The notes beneath the pieces were generated by a model that made no database searches, was not told the origin of the DNA, and saw nothing but the letters and a program-made list of their open reading frames with translations. Both the position numbers and the translations under genes were made by a program. A stretch of 64,000 nucleotides of DNA from an uncultured Pseudomonadales bacterium (GTDB lineage: Bacteria > Patescibacteriota > Microgenomatia > UBA1400 > CAYXSR01), in assembly GCA_964467735.1 (NCBI GenBank), contig CAYXSR010000001.1, positions 23,244 through 87,243 on the forward strand. Reading direction: 5' to 3'. Positions 1-9,305 of the stretch are shown in pieces (within the stretch, counting starts at the first letter, position 1; every line of letters starts with the position of its first letter).

Positions 1-416
1 AATTGAGTATTTTTGGCAGGACTATGGGTAAATAAAATTAAATTTTTTTTGTTTTTAAAATCATTCAAAAAACTGCTCATTTGTTCTTCAGTTATTTCTC
101 CTGGGGTATTAAAAGGAGTAACTGTACTATGACCAACAGCGGCAAATTGATATTTTCCTACTTTAAGAATTTTCCTATGAAAAAAAACAAAACCATGTTT
201 TTGACAAAGTTCTTTTGTCTGCTTTGTTGTCTCGTGATTACCTGGTAGAAGTAAGAGTTTCTCTTTAAGAAAAGAAAGTTTATCTCCGCCTTCTTGCAAT
301 CCATTACCAAGATTAGAAAGATCACCAAGACAAATATACAGATCAGCTTTTTTATTAATAATATTTTTTAAAGCTTGCCAATCCTTATGAATATCAGAAA
401 AAATAACCAACTTCAT
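1..416 (-). CDS. Metallophosphoesterase (calcineurin-like, Icc-related); runs off the window edge and is not in the ORF track
   Basis: Manual translation MKLVIFSDIHKDW...ICLGDLSN...LLPGNHE...LFTHSP carries the DxH, GD, GNHE and H motifs. Confidence 0.85.
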   Translation of the reverse strand, partial: MKLVIFSDIHKDWQALKNIINKKADLYICLGDLSNLGNGLQEGGDKLSFLKEKLLLLPGNHETTKQTKELCQKHGFVFFHRKILKVGKYQFAAVGHSTVTPFNTPGEITEEQMSSFLNDFKNKKNLILFTHSPAKNTQ

Positions 417-446
417 TTTTTTATTATATCATTGAAGGTTTAATCA

Positions 447-1997
447 CTAAAAAAACTCATCTAATTGTTCATCTTTAAGTCGATATTGTAAAGCTTCTGC
501 TAAATGAACTGTCTTTATTTGTTCCTCATCAGCTAAATCAGCAATTGTCCGGGCAACTTTTATTACTCGAAAATAGGATCGAGCAGAAAGATTCATTTTT
601 ACAGCCGCTTGTTGCATTAACTGGAGACAAAAAACATCTAAAGAACAGACTTCTTTTACTTGTTTTGTATTCATTTCACTGTTGCACACTAGTTTTAACT
701 TTAATTTCCTAAATCTTTCTAATTGTTTGTCTCTTGCTTGTTGAACCCTCTTTTGAATTTGTCGACTATTTTCTCTTTTTGTTTTATTGATTTTTGTCAA
801 CTTCTCTATTTCAACTTCAGGAACATGAATGTGGACATCAATTCTATCCATTATTGGTCCAGAAATTCTTTTCCGATAACGAGCAACCTGACCAGCAAGA
901 CAAGTACAATGTTTTTTGGCTGATCCTAAATAACCACAAGGACAAGGATTAGAAGCTGCAACTAATAAAAATTTTGAGGGAAAAATAACACTTCCTGCTG
1001 CTCGAGAAATTTGAACAAAACCATCTTCTAAAGGCTGTCTTAAAGCTTCCAATACATTTCTTGGAAATTCAGGGAATTCATCCAAAAATAAAACTCCCCT
1101 ATGGGAAAGACTTATTTCACCAGGATTAAGCTTACTTCCTCCACCAATTAAACCAATTCTAGAAATTGTGTGATGAGGAGCCCGAAAGGGACGATTTGTA
1201 ATAATTGCTTTATCATCGGGCAAATTACCAGTAATTGAATATATTTTTGTTGCTTCCAAGGCTTCTTCTTCTGTTAATTCTGGAAGAATAGATGGTAATG
1301 TCCGAGCTAACATTGTTTTTCCTGCTCCTGGTGGACCAATCATTAAAATATTATGACCACCAGCGGCAGCTATCTCTAAAACTCTTTTTGCTTGTTCCTG
1401 GCCAACAATTTCTACCATATCAAACTCGAAATCTTCTTTTTGTTTTAAATCTTTAAAAGAAAGGTTCTTCTGAGTTTCGATTTTCTTGGTTTCGTTTAAA
1501 TGGTGGAAAAGATCGCGCAAAGAAATAACTGGATAAATCTCTAAATCATTAATGACTGCCGCTTCTTTTGCATTAATGGCCGGTAAGAATAATTTTTTTA
1601 GTTTCTTTTTTCTCGCTAAAAGAGCCATTGGTAAAACACTGTTTGTATGTCGCAAAGAGCCATCTAAAGACAATTCACCTACCATTAATGAGTCTTTAAG
1701 ATCACTTGGAATTTGTCCCGAAGCTGAAAGGATTGCTAAGGCGATTGGTAGATCATAAGCCGGACCTTCCTTTGGTAAATCTGCCGGAGTGAGATTGATA
1801 GTAATTTTATGACGAGGAAATTCAAAACCAGAATTTTTAATGGCCGCTCTCACTCTTTCTTTTGCCTCCTCAACTGCTTTACCCGGCAAACCTACAATCG
1901 TAAAAGACGGGAGTGACCGAGAACTTATATCAACTTCTACCTCGACAATAACTGGTTCTAAACCAACACAAGCACCAGAAAAAACCTTTGCTAACAT
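447..1997 (-). CDS. comM: YifB/ComM family Mg-chelatase-like AAA+ ATPase
   Basis: IVGLPGKAVEEAKERVRAA, NLTPADLPKEG, GPPGAGKT, RPFRAPHH, LFLDEFPEF, NPCPCG. Confidence 0.9.
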   Translation of the reverse strand: MLAKVFSGACVGLEPVIVEVEVDISSRSLPSFTIVGLPGKAVEEAKERVRAAIKNSGFEFPRHKITINLTPADLPKEGPAYDLPIALAILSASGQIPSDLKDSLMVGELSLDGSLRHTNSVLPMALLARKKKLKKLFLPAINAKEAAVINDLEIYPVISLRDLFHHLNETKKIETQKNLSFKDLKQKEDFEFDMVEIVGQEQAKRVLEIAAAGGHNILMIGPPGAGKTMLARTLPSILPELTEEEALEATKIYSITGNLPDDKAIITNRPFRAPHHTISRIGLIGGGSKLNPGEISLSHRGVLFLDEFPEFPRNVLEALRQPLEDGFVQISRAAGSVIFPSKFLLVAASNPCPCGYLGSAKKHCTCLAGQVARYRKRISGPIMDRIDVHIHVPEVEIEKLTKINKTKRENSRQIQKRVQQARDKQLERFRKLKLKLVCNSEMNTKQVKEVCSLDVFCLQLMQQAAVKMNLSARSYFRVIKVARTIADLADEEQIKTVHLAEALQYRLKDEQLDEFF

Positions 1998-2041
1998 CAA
2001 CAATATTATTTATAAATCTTAATTAAAAGTAAATAGGCCTA

Positions 2042-2070
2042 TTGACAAGAAATTACTTCCTTGTTAAAAT
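2042..2070 (+). promoter_or_regulatory. Sigma70-type promoter of the Rrf2-iscS-iscU operon
   Basis: TTGACA-17 nt-TAAAAT with extended TG. Confidence 0.8.
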
Positions 2071-2071
2071 A

Positions 2072-2093
2072 ATTCATACTATTTTACTAGGAT
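2072..2093. promoter_or_regulatory. Putative Rrf2 autoregulatory operator
   Basis: Imperfect dyad TCATACTA-TTT-TACTAGGA (6/8 complementary) between the -10 box and the ATG. Confidence 0.5.
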
Positions 2094-2099
2094 TTAAAA

Positions 2100-2498
2100 A
2101 TGAAATTTTCAACCAAAGCAACTTATGGATTACGAGCAATTGTTAATCTTGCTCAAAACCCTAAAAATGAACCAAAATCACTTTCAATTATCGCCAAAGA
2201 GGAAAATATTTCTTTACGTTACTTAGAACAATTATTTCGAGTCTTAAGAATAAACGGCTTTGTAAAATCGGTCCGTGGTAACTCTGGCGGTTATTATTTA
2301 ACAAAAAGCCCTCAAAAAATCTCGATAGGAAATATTATTGAGTCTTTAGAAGGACCAATAATTGAAATTGCTTGTACAGCTAAAAAAAGAAATTGTCAAA
2401 CTTGTAAATCTAAATTTGTCTGGCAATCAATAAATAAATATCTAAAAGAGGCTTTAGGTTCTTTAACCTTAAAAGATTTAATTGAAAAAAATGACTAA
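2100..2498 (+). CDS. Rrf2 family transcriptional regulator (IscR/CymR-like)
   Basis: STKATYGLRA, SLRYLEQLF, SVRGNSGGY; three C-terminal Cys; upstream of iscS. Confidence 0.9.
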   Translation: MKFSTKATYGLRAIVNLAQNPKNEPKSLSIIAKEENISLRYLEQLFRVLRINGFVKSVRGNSGGYYLTKSPQKISIGNIIESLEGPIIEIACTAKKRNCQTCKSKFVWQSINKYLKEALGSLTLKDLIEKND

Positions 2499-3669
2499 AA
2501 TTTACCTTGATTATGCTGCAACTACCCCGCTAGATCCGGCAGTTTTAGAAACGATGATTCCTTTTTTAAAAGATTATTTTGGTAATCCTTCTTCTCTCCA
2601 TTCTTGGGGACAAAAAGCTCGTCAAGCTGTTGAAAATAGTCGTCAACAAGTAGCTGATGTTTTAAGCTGTCACAAGGAAGAAATTATTTTTACTAGTTGT
2701 GCTACAGAAGCTAATAATCTAGCTCTAAAGGGATTAATTGAAGCAACAAAAGGTAAACACATTATTATTTCACCAACTGAACATCATTGCGTCTTGGATA
2801 CTACCAAACATCTTCAAAAAAATGGTGTCAAAGTAACCTGGTTAAAAACTGATAAATATGGTCTTGTCAATTTAAATAACCTGAAAGAATCTATTCGTAA
2901 AGAAACTGTTCTAATTTCTATTATGTATGTCAATAATGAAGTAGGAACAATTCAATCAATTTCTGAAATTGGCAAACTTATCAAAGCAATTAACAGATCT
3001 AGAAAAATAAAAAGATTGCCCAAAATTTATTTCCATACTGATGCTGTTCAAGCTATTCAATATTTAAATTGTAACGTAAATTATCTAGGAGTCGACTTTT
3101 TATCTCTTTCTGCTCATAAGTTTTATGGTCCAAAAGGAGTTGGAGCTTTATTTGTCCGAAAGAATACCCCTTTGGTTCGTCAACAAGATGGTGGTGAGCA
3201 AGAATTCAATTTAAGGGCAGGTACAGAAAATGTTGCTGGGATTGTCGGTTTGGGACGAGCTATTAAAAAAGCTAATAATCATAAACAAATGATAAGTCAA
3301 AAAATAAATAAATTGTCAAAATATCTTATTAAAAAAGTTTTGTCTTCTGTTAAGGATGTTCAGTTAACTGGTCATCCGATTAAAAGAGCTCCTCATATCG
3401 CCAGCTTTATAATTAAAGGTGTAGAAGGAGAATCTTTATTACTAATGTTGAATGAAAAAGGAATTGGCGCTTCTTCTGGTTCAGCTTGTACTTCAGGTAA
3501 TTTAGAACCATCTCATGTCCTAACTTCTATGGGAATTCCACCAATTGACTCTCATGGTTCTTTAAGATTATCTTTGGGAAAAAATATTACTAAAAAAGAT
3601 ATTGATTATCTTATAAAAGTTTTACCAAACATCGTCAATCACTTAAGACAGATGTCGCCTTTATCATGA
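2491..3669 (+). CDS. iscS: Cysteine desulfurase IscS/NifS
   Basis: YLDYAATTP, SAHKFYGPKG (PLP Lys), SSGSACTS (group I catalytic Cys); ATG at 2491. Confidence 0.93.
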   Translation: MTKIYLDYAATTPLDPAVLETMIPFLKDYFGNPSSLHSWGQKARQAVENSRQQVADVLSCHKEEIIFTSCATEANNLALKGLIEATKGKHIIISPTEHHCVLDTTKHLQKNGVKVTWLKTDKYGLVNLNNLKESIRKETVLISIMYVNNEVGTIQSISEIGKLIKAINRSRKIKRLPKIYFHTDAVQAIQYLNCNVNYLGVDFLSLSAHKFYGPKGVGALFVRKNTPLVRQQDGGEQEFNLRAGTENVAGIVGLGRAIKKANNHKQMISQKINKLSKYLIKKVLSSVKDVQLTGHPIKRAPHIASFIIKGVEGESLLLMLNEKGIGASSGSACTSGNLEPSHVLTSMGIPPIDSHGSLRLSLGKNITKKDIDYLIKVLPNIVNHLRQMSPLS

Positions 3670-4091
3670 CCGTAAATACCTTTTATTCCAAAAAAGTTCT
3701 TGATCATTTTAAAAATCCTCGTAATTTTGGAAAAATAGATAATCCCGATGGAATAGCAACTGTTGGGAATCCAGTTTGTGGAGATATTATGAAGATTTAT
3801 ATTAAGGTCGGTAAAAAGAACAATAAAGAATATATAAAAGAAATACGATTTCAAACATTGGGCTGTGGGGCAGCAATTGCTACTTCCTCGATTGCTACAG
3901 AATTAGTAAAAGGAAAAAGTCTTGATTTAGCAAGAAAAATTAGCAATAAACAAATTATTACTGGTCTTGACAGGTTGCCTCCAGCAAAAATCCATTGTTC
4001 CCTTTTAGCCGCTAGAGCCATCAAAAAAGCGATTGATAACTATGAAGAAAAATTGAAGAAAAGACTTACTAATCCCAAAAAGAAACAATAA
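3666..4091 (+). CDS. iscU: Fe-S scaffold IscU/NifU-N
   Basis: DHFKNPRN, GNPVCGD, GCGAAIA, LPPAKIHC. Confidence 0.92.
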   Translation: MTVNTFYSKKVLDHFKNPRNFGKIDNPDGIATVGNPVCGDIMKIYIKVGKKNNKEYIKEIRFQTLGCGAAIATSSIATELVKGKSLDLARKISNKQIITGLDRLPPAKIHCSLLAARAIKKAIDNYEEKLKKRLTNPKKKQ

Positions 4092-4831
4092 AAAGCAAAA
4101 TATAATATCTTTCCCTTCAGAAAAACTTTCCTGAAAATTTTCAATGATAAAAGTCCACAAAAAAAGGCGGCTATTAAGCCTACTAAGCCGTTTGGAAGAT
4201 CACATTCTAAATTGGTTAAGTTTCTTGTCTGTAAAATTAAAGCTCCTAAGATTGCTGGGATTGCTAAATAAAAAGAAAAATTAAAAGCCTCTCTTCTTTT
4301 TAATCCTGTAAAAATACCAGCACTTACTGTTGAACCAGAACGAGAAAGTCCTGGAAAAATTGCCAAAGCTTGAAAAAAACCAATCCATAAAGCCTTAAAA
4401 TCAGTTAGTGATTTTGGCTTCTTGGTTTTTTTAATTGAACTTAAAGTAAGTAAAATTGAAGTAATTATTAGACCTATGCCAACAATAAAAAAAGAGTTAA
4501 AAATTGTCTTTGTAAAACTGTTAAGAAAAAGCCCTAGAATCATAGCTGGAAAAGTTCCAATAACTACAAACCAGATAACAGAGGGGGCTTTTTCTATTTT
4601 TCCAGAGGAGAAGGCTCTCATTGTTTTAGTTAAAATCTCCCGTAATTCCTTTTTGAAAAAAATAATAATCGCTAGAAGAGTCCCAAAATGTACTAGGATA
4701 TCAAAAAAAACCGGCGGTTCTTCAAATCGTAAAATTTTTTGAAAAACTACTAAATGACCTGATGAGGAAACTGGCAGAAATTCTGTCAGTCCCTGAATAA
4801 GACCCAACAATAAAGCCTCATGAAAATTCAT
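4040..4831 (-). CDS. uppP: Undecaprenyl-diphosphate phosphatase
   Basis: QGLTEFLPVSSSGH, PGLSRSG; its 3' end overlaps iscU convergently by 52 nt. Confidence 0.93.
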   Translation of the reverse strand: MNFHEALLLGLIQGLTEFLPVSSSGHLVVFQKILRFEEPPVFFDILVHFGTLLAIIIFFKKELREILTKTMRAFSSGKIEKAPSVIWFVVIGTFPAMILGLFLNSFTKTIFNSFFIVGIGLIITSILLTLSSIKKTKKPKSLTDFKALWIGFFQALAIFPGLSRSGSTVSAGIFTGLKRREAFNFSFYLAIPAILGALILQTRNLTNLECDLPNGLVGLIAAFFCGLLSLKIFRKVFLKGKILYFAFYCFFLGLVSLFFNFSS

Positions 4832-4858
4832 GTTTTTTTGTTTTAATCTAAAAAAACT

Positions 4859-5551
4859 TTATTTTTTCTTAAAAGTTTTATACCAGTCTTCTAATATTCT
4901 CCCTACCAAATCTTTAGCTCCTAACCCAACCGCTAATCCAAAGCCCAAAGACACAGACGCAATCACTCCCATAAATAAAATATTAATAAAGCTTTGGGCA
5001 ATACCTAATTCATTAATTGCCGCCAGACTCGAGAAAATTACGACTAAATAACTGGCCACTTTTCCTAAAAGGAGTGATACCTTTAAATCAACTTGAACTA
5101 GTGCTCCTTTCACAAAACTCTCTACAAATCCAGCCACTAAAACTCCTAAAGCTAATATCAAAACAGCAGAAATTACCCTCGGAATATAGCCAAGAATGTT
5201 ATTTAATACTAAAGATACTGTAGTTAGACCTAAAATATTAACAGCTGTAACAAAGAAAACCAAAACAACTAACCATCTTATAATTCCTCCAATAATTTCT
5301 TCTAATTTAATTTTTATGTCTGCTTTTTGTAAGAATGGACTAAAGCCGATTTTCTGAAATAGATTAGAAAGTTTGATTAATCTTAGGAATCTAACAACTA
5401 AAGAACTTATCCATTTCGATAAAATAATTCCTAGTAAGAAAACAAGAAGAGCTCCTAAAATTGTCGGTATATAAGAAACAATATTAGTTAAAATTGTAGC
5501 AAGAGCTACAAAAAAACTTTCTTGCCAACTAGATACTACTAGATTATTCAT
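4859..5551 (-). CDS. TM-helix-repeat membrane protein (MscS-associated/CmpX-like)
   Basis: Two repeats YIPTILGALL / YIPRVISAVL, C-terminal GLAVGLGAKD; strong SD AAGGAGGTG. Confidence 0.7.
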   Translation of the reverse strand: MNNLVVSSWQESFFVALATILTNIVSYIPTILGALLVFLLGIILSKWISSLVVRFLRLIKLSNLFQKIGFSPFLQKADIKIKLEEIIGGIIRWLVVLVFFVTAVNILGLTTVSLVLNNILGYIPRVISAVLILALGVLVAGFVESFVKGALVQVDLKVSLLLGKVASYLVVIFSSLAAINELGIAQSFINILFMGVIASVSLGFGLAVGLGAKDLVGRILEDWYKTFKKK

Positions 5552-5632
5552 ATTTTTTCACCTCCTTTCAAGATAGCTTCATTTCTTCATGTTTTTTTCA
5601 TTTTAACATAATAATTAATTAAGCTAAATACA

Positions 5633-5661
5633 TTGAAAAAACTCATCTTTTATGTTAAAAT
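5633..5661 (+). promoter_or_regulatory. rnpB promoter
   Basis: TTGAAA-17-TAAAAT with extended TG, 8 nt before P1. Confidence 0.7.
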
Positions 5662-5669
5662 CTACACCG

Positions 5670-5946
5670 CCTAGGAAGCTGAAATGGTGGGGTATTCATC
5701 TGAATACTCAGGAAAGTCCAGACAGCAGGAGACAGGGTGTCTGTCGCAAGACAGAACGTGAAAGCGCTGGTACAAGCCACAGAGACAACGACTCCCCTTA
5801 GCAATAAGGTAGAGGGTGAAAAGAGGTAATTCCCCCCGCTGCAACCTCCGAATGGTCCGTTATGAGCATGTTTCCGCCAGGACTGAAGTTAGAGGGCATA
5901 GAGAAATACCATTTTAAAACAGAATCTGGCTTATTAACTTCCTAGG
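5670..5946 (+). ncRNA. rnpB: RNase P RNA (minimal, about 277 nt)
   Basis: GGAAAGTCCAGA ... ACAGAATCTGGCTTAT (P4 with compensatory changes), P1 CCTAGGAAG/CTTCCTAGG, P2 AAATGGT/ACCATTT, GCAA tetraloop hairpins. Confidence 0.93.
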
Positions 5947-6956
5947 TTTTTCTTGAAGTCAGAGAAGCGAAAATTGGAAAGGTAAAATTCCTCAAAAATA
6001 ATTTTAAAGGTCAGTAATGCGGGAATCGCTAAAACTGCACCACCAACACTTCCTAATTTAAAACCAATCATCAAGGTAATAATTGTTATTAACGGATGTA
6101 AACCGATTGCTTTTTGCATTACTTTTGGAACAATAAAATTATTTTCTAACTGCTGGATTAAAAAATATAAAGCAATTACGGCAAATCCCATTGTTGGAGA
6201 ATAAGAAAAACCTACTAAAGCAGCCGGCACTGCAGAAACTGTCGGCCCAATATTAGGAATTAATTCAAGGATACCGGCAATAATTGCCAAAGGTAAAGCA
6301 AAATTAATAGACAACAATCTTAGACCAATGTAAGACATTAAACCAATTATAAACATCAAAAATATTTCTCCTCTAACCCATCCACCAAGTTTTCTTTCAA
6401 ACTTTTCTATCAACTCCTCTATATCTCTATCCTCTTTATTAGAAAATAAAATTTTTAAATACTTTTTAAGGTTTTTTCTTTCCATTAAAAAATAATAATT
6501 AATAACTGCAAAAGCAAAAATTTTAACAATATTAGAAAAAGTAGAAACAATTATTTTTATAATATTTCCTGGTAACTTAGCTAATTCACTACTATAATCT
6601 TTCCATTGAAAATCTATTGTTTGAAACAAGCCATTCTTGGCAAAACCATTGATAAATTCAGGAAAATATTTTAAAAGAGCACTTATTTGAGACACAACGG
6701 CCGGAATAAGAGATATTAAAGAACCAATAAGAAAACCAAATAAAATTATATAAACAATGAATATTGCTACCCCACGAGGAATTTTAAGCTTTTCCATTCG
6801 ATTAATAATTGGTGATAAAGCTGAACTAAAAATTATTGACACAAATAATAGAAGAATTATCTCTCTAATCTGAAAAAGTAACCAAAGAAAAATTAGAAAA
6901 AAAATAGTAAAGATAATAGTTTTACGGGAAATCGCTATTCTTCTAAGACGTATCAT
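5934..6956 (-). CDS. AI-2E family (PerM/UPF0118) transporter
   Basis: ELIPNIGP, QQLENNFIVPKVM, GLHP, GAVLAIP. Confidence 0.88.
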   Translation of the reverse strand: MIRLRRIAISRKTIIFTIFFLIFLWLLFQIREIILLLFVSIIFSSALSPIINRMEKLKIPRGVAIFIVYIILFGFLIGSLISLIPAVVSQISALLKYFPEFINGFAKNGLFQTIDFQWKDYSSELAKLPGNIIKIIVSTFSNIVKIFAFAVINYYFLMERKNLKKYLKILFSNKEDRDIEELIEKFERKLGGWVRGEIFLMFIIGLMSYIGLRLLSINFALPLAIIAGILELIPNIGPTVSAVPAALVGFSYSPTMGFAVIALYFLIQQLENNFIVPKVMQKAIGLHPLITIITLMIGFKLGSVGGAVLAIPALLTFKIIFEEFYLSNFRFSDFKKNLGS

Positions 6957-7056
6957 TTATAGGTTAGATGAATTTTAATGTCTGATGAAAGAATATCAGA
7001 GGTTTTAATCTTCTGTCAAGACAACAATTAAGATTTTGAGTCACTGAGGATAAAAA

Positions 7057-8133
7057 TCATTTTTGATTAATAAGTTTATTTAAAATTTCCCGACGTCTTT
7101 TCTTTTCAACAAAAGGAATATTGTCTTCAAGCCTATAAGCTGCTGTTCCGGGTCTTGGAGAATATTTAGCAATATAAGCTAAACAAAATCCTATTTGCTT
7201 ACAAAGTTTAACTGTATTTTCAAACTGTTTTTTTGTCTCCCCAGGAAAACCAACAATGATATCGGTACCTATTTCAATATCGGGAATTTCTTTTTTAATT
7301 TTCTTTACTAATTTCAAATATTGTTCAGAGGTATATTTACGATTCATTTTCTTTAAAATCTCATCGTCTCCAGATTGCACTGGTAAATGTAAATAACGTT
7401 CTATCTTAGGTAACTTTAAGACCTGAATAATACCATTTGATAAATCATGAGGGTTTGAAGTAAAAAATTTAATTTTCTTAAGACCCTTAATTTCGTTTAA
7501 CAAGGACAAAAGAATAGCAAAGTTATTTTTATATCTTTTTTTCAATTCTTCAATTTTTTCCTGTAATAATTTATTTTTTACTTTTATGTCTGAATTTTTA
7601 TGATAACTATTAACATTCTGACCTAATAAAGTAATCTCTTTAATCCCTCTTTTAACAATCATTTTAACTTCACAAAGAATTTCTTCTATTGGTCGTGATT
7701 TTTCTCGGCCACGCGAAAATGGAACAACACAATAAGAACAAAGATTATTACATCCTTCCATTATTTGAACCCAAGCATGTTTTTTATTTTTCCGCTGCGG
7801 GTCTAAGCTGCTATTTATTAATCTTTTTAAAGGACTAAATTGAACGTTCTTTGGAAATTCTTTTTTTAACCATTCTTTATCATGATATAAAATACAACCA
7901 GTAATAATAATTTGTTTTTGTTTTTTAGTCTTTTGCAGATTTCTTATTGCTCCCAAAACTTTGTCTTCTGCGGCTCGTCTAACTGAACAAGTATTTATTA
8001 TCACTAAATCTGCTTTCTGCTTAGTGGAGGCTAATTGATATCCTTTTTTACGAAAATAAGCGGCGATTCGCTCTGAATCTGCCTCGTTCGCTTGACAACC
8101 AAAAGTAATAATAAAATAGTGTTTGTTTTTCAT
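7057..8133 (-). CDS. miaB: MiaB-like radical SAM tRNA methylthiotransferase lacking the TRAM domain
   Basis: TFGCQAN, NTCSVR, TGC; CNNLCSYC; TDIIVGFPGET; ends shortly after YSPRPGT. Confidence 0.8.
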   Translation of the reverse strand: MKNKHYFIITFGCQANEADSERIAAYFRKKGYQLASTKQKADLVIINTCSVRRAAEDKVLGAIRNLQKTKKQKQIIITGCILYHDKEWLKKEFPKNVQFSPLKRLINSSLDPQRKNKKHAWVQIMEGCNNLCSYCVVPFSRGREKSRPIEEILCEVKMIVKRGIKEITLLGQNVNSYHKNSDIKVKNKLLQEKIEELKKRYKNNFAILLSLLNEIKGLKKIKFFTSNPHDLSNGIIQVLKLPKIERYLHLPVQSGDDEILKKMNRKYTSEQYLKLVKKIKKEIPDIEIGTDIIVGFPGETKKQFENTVKLCKQIGFCLAYIAKYSPRPGTAAYRLEDNIPFVEKKRRREILNKLINQK

Positions 8134-8216
8134 AGTTCACTTATTTTAGCAAATTTAAGACAAAAATGGTTCTTTTTTTACTCAAAAATCGCTCTAAATG
8201 TTAAAATATCAATATT

Positions 8217-9305
8217 ATGAAAATAATTGAGCTCAGAAGATTAACTGCTGAAAAAATTATTGATCTGGCTGTCAAGACTTTAAAAAAGGGCGGTTTAGTT
8301 ATTTATCCCACCGAGACTTGCTATGGTATTGGTGCTGATGCCACTAACCATGCCAGTATTGATAAATTAATTAAATATAAAGGTGAAAGAAAAAATAAAC
8401 CAATTTCAGTAATCGTAGCTAATAAAAAAATGGCTCAAGAGTATGTTTTTATTAATAAAACTGCTGATAACTTATACAAAAATTTTCTTCCTGGAGCATT
8501 AACGGTTGTATCAAAAGGAAAACATAAAGTAGATTTCCGCTTAGAATCAAAAGAAGGAAATCTTGGAATTCGTATTCCCAAAAATAAGATCGTTTTGGGG
8601 ATAACCAAAAAGTTTGGAAAACCAATCACCGCTACTTCTGCCAATATTTCTAATGAAAAAACTCCTTACCAAATAAGCGACATTTTAGACTCTTTATCAC
8701 TTAAGAAAAAAAATCTTATTGATCTCATTATTGATTCTGGAAAACTTCCCAAAAATCCACCCTCTACAGTCGTGGATACAACTTTAAATGACATTAACGT
8801 TATCCGTCAGGGAACTATTAATTTCGACAAACAATCAACAAAAAGTATTATTACTAAATCTGAGATAGAAACAAGAAAATTTGCTCAAAACTTAATGACA
8901 AATTACTTCAAATATTTAAATTCTTATTGTATTATCTTTGCTCTACAAGGAGAATTAGGAAGTGGTAAAACTCAATTTTGTAAGGGGATTGGTCAATTTT
9001 TAAAGATAAAATATCCAATCACTTCTCCGACTTTTATTTTATTAAAAGAATATCAATTTAATTTTAAAAATAAGAAAAAATTTTTCTACCATATTGATAC
9101 TTGGCGAATAAAAAATGATGATGAATTAGGAGAAATTGGTTTAAAAAAAATGATTAAACCAGGCAATATTATTGCCATTGAATGGCTTCAAAAAGCAAAA
9201 ACTTTTTTAGATAATTTCAAGAAACGTAACAAAGTAAAAATTATTTGGTTAGAAATAAAATACGGTAATAAATTAAACCAAAGAAAAATTAAATATTATG
9301 AATAG
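8217..9305 (+). CDS. tsaC-tsaE: TsaC(Sua5/YrdC)-TsaE fusion, t6A biosynthesis
   Basis: N-terminal YPTETCYG, TSANIS, PSTVVD; C-terminal GELGSGKT, SPTF, YHID, IEW. Confidence 0.9.
   Translation: MKIIELRRLTAEKIIDLAVKTLKKGGLVIYPTETCYGIGADATNHASIDKLIKYKGERKNKPISVIVANKKMAQEYVFINKTADNLYKNFLPGALTVVSKGKHKVDFRLESKEGNLGIRIPKNKIVLGITKKFGKPITATSANISNEKTPYQISDILDSLSLKKKNLIDLIIDSGKLPKNPPSTVVDTTLNDINVIRQGTINFDKQSTKSIITKSEIETRKFAQNLMTNYFKYLNSYCIIFALQGELGSGKTQFCKGIGQFLKIKYPITSPTFILLKEYQFNFKNKKKFFYHIDTWRIKNDDELGEIGLKKMIKPGNIIAIEWLQKAKTFLDNFKKRNKVKIIWLEIKYGNKLNQRKIKYYE

Noticed and set aside
4040-4091. 52-nt convergent overlap of iscU and uppP
   Set aside because: Low-complexity tails in a compact genome, with no evidence of a regulatory role.
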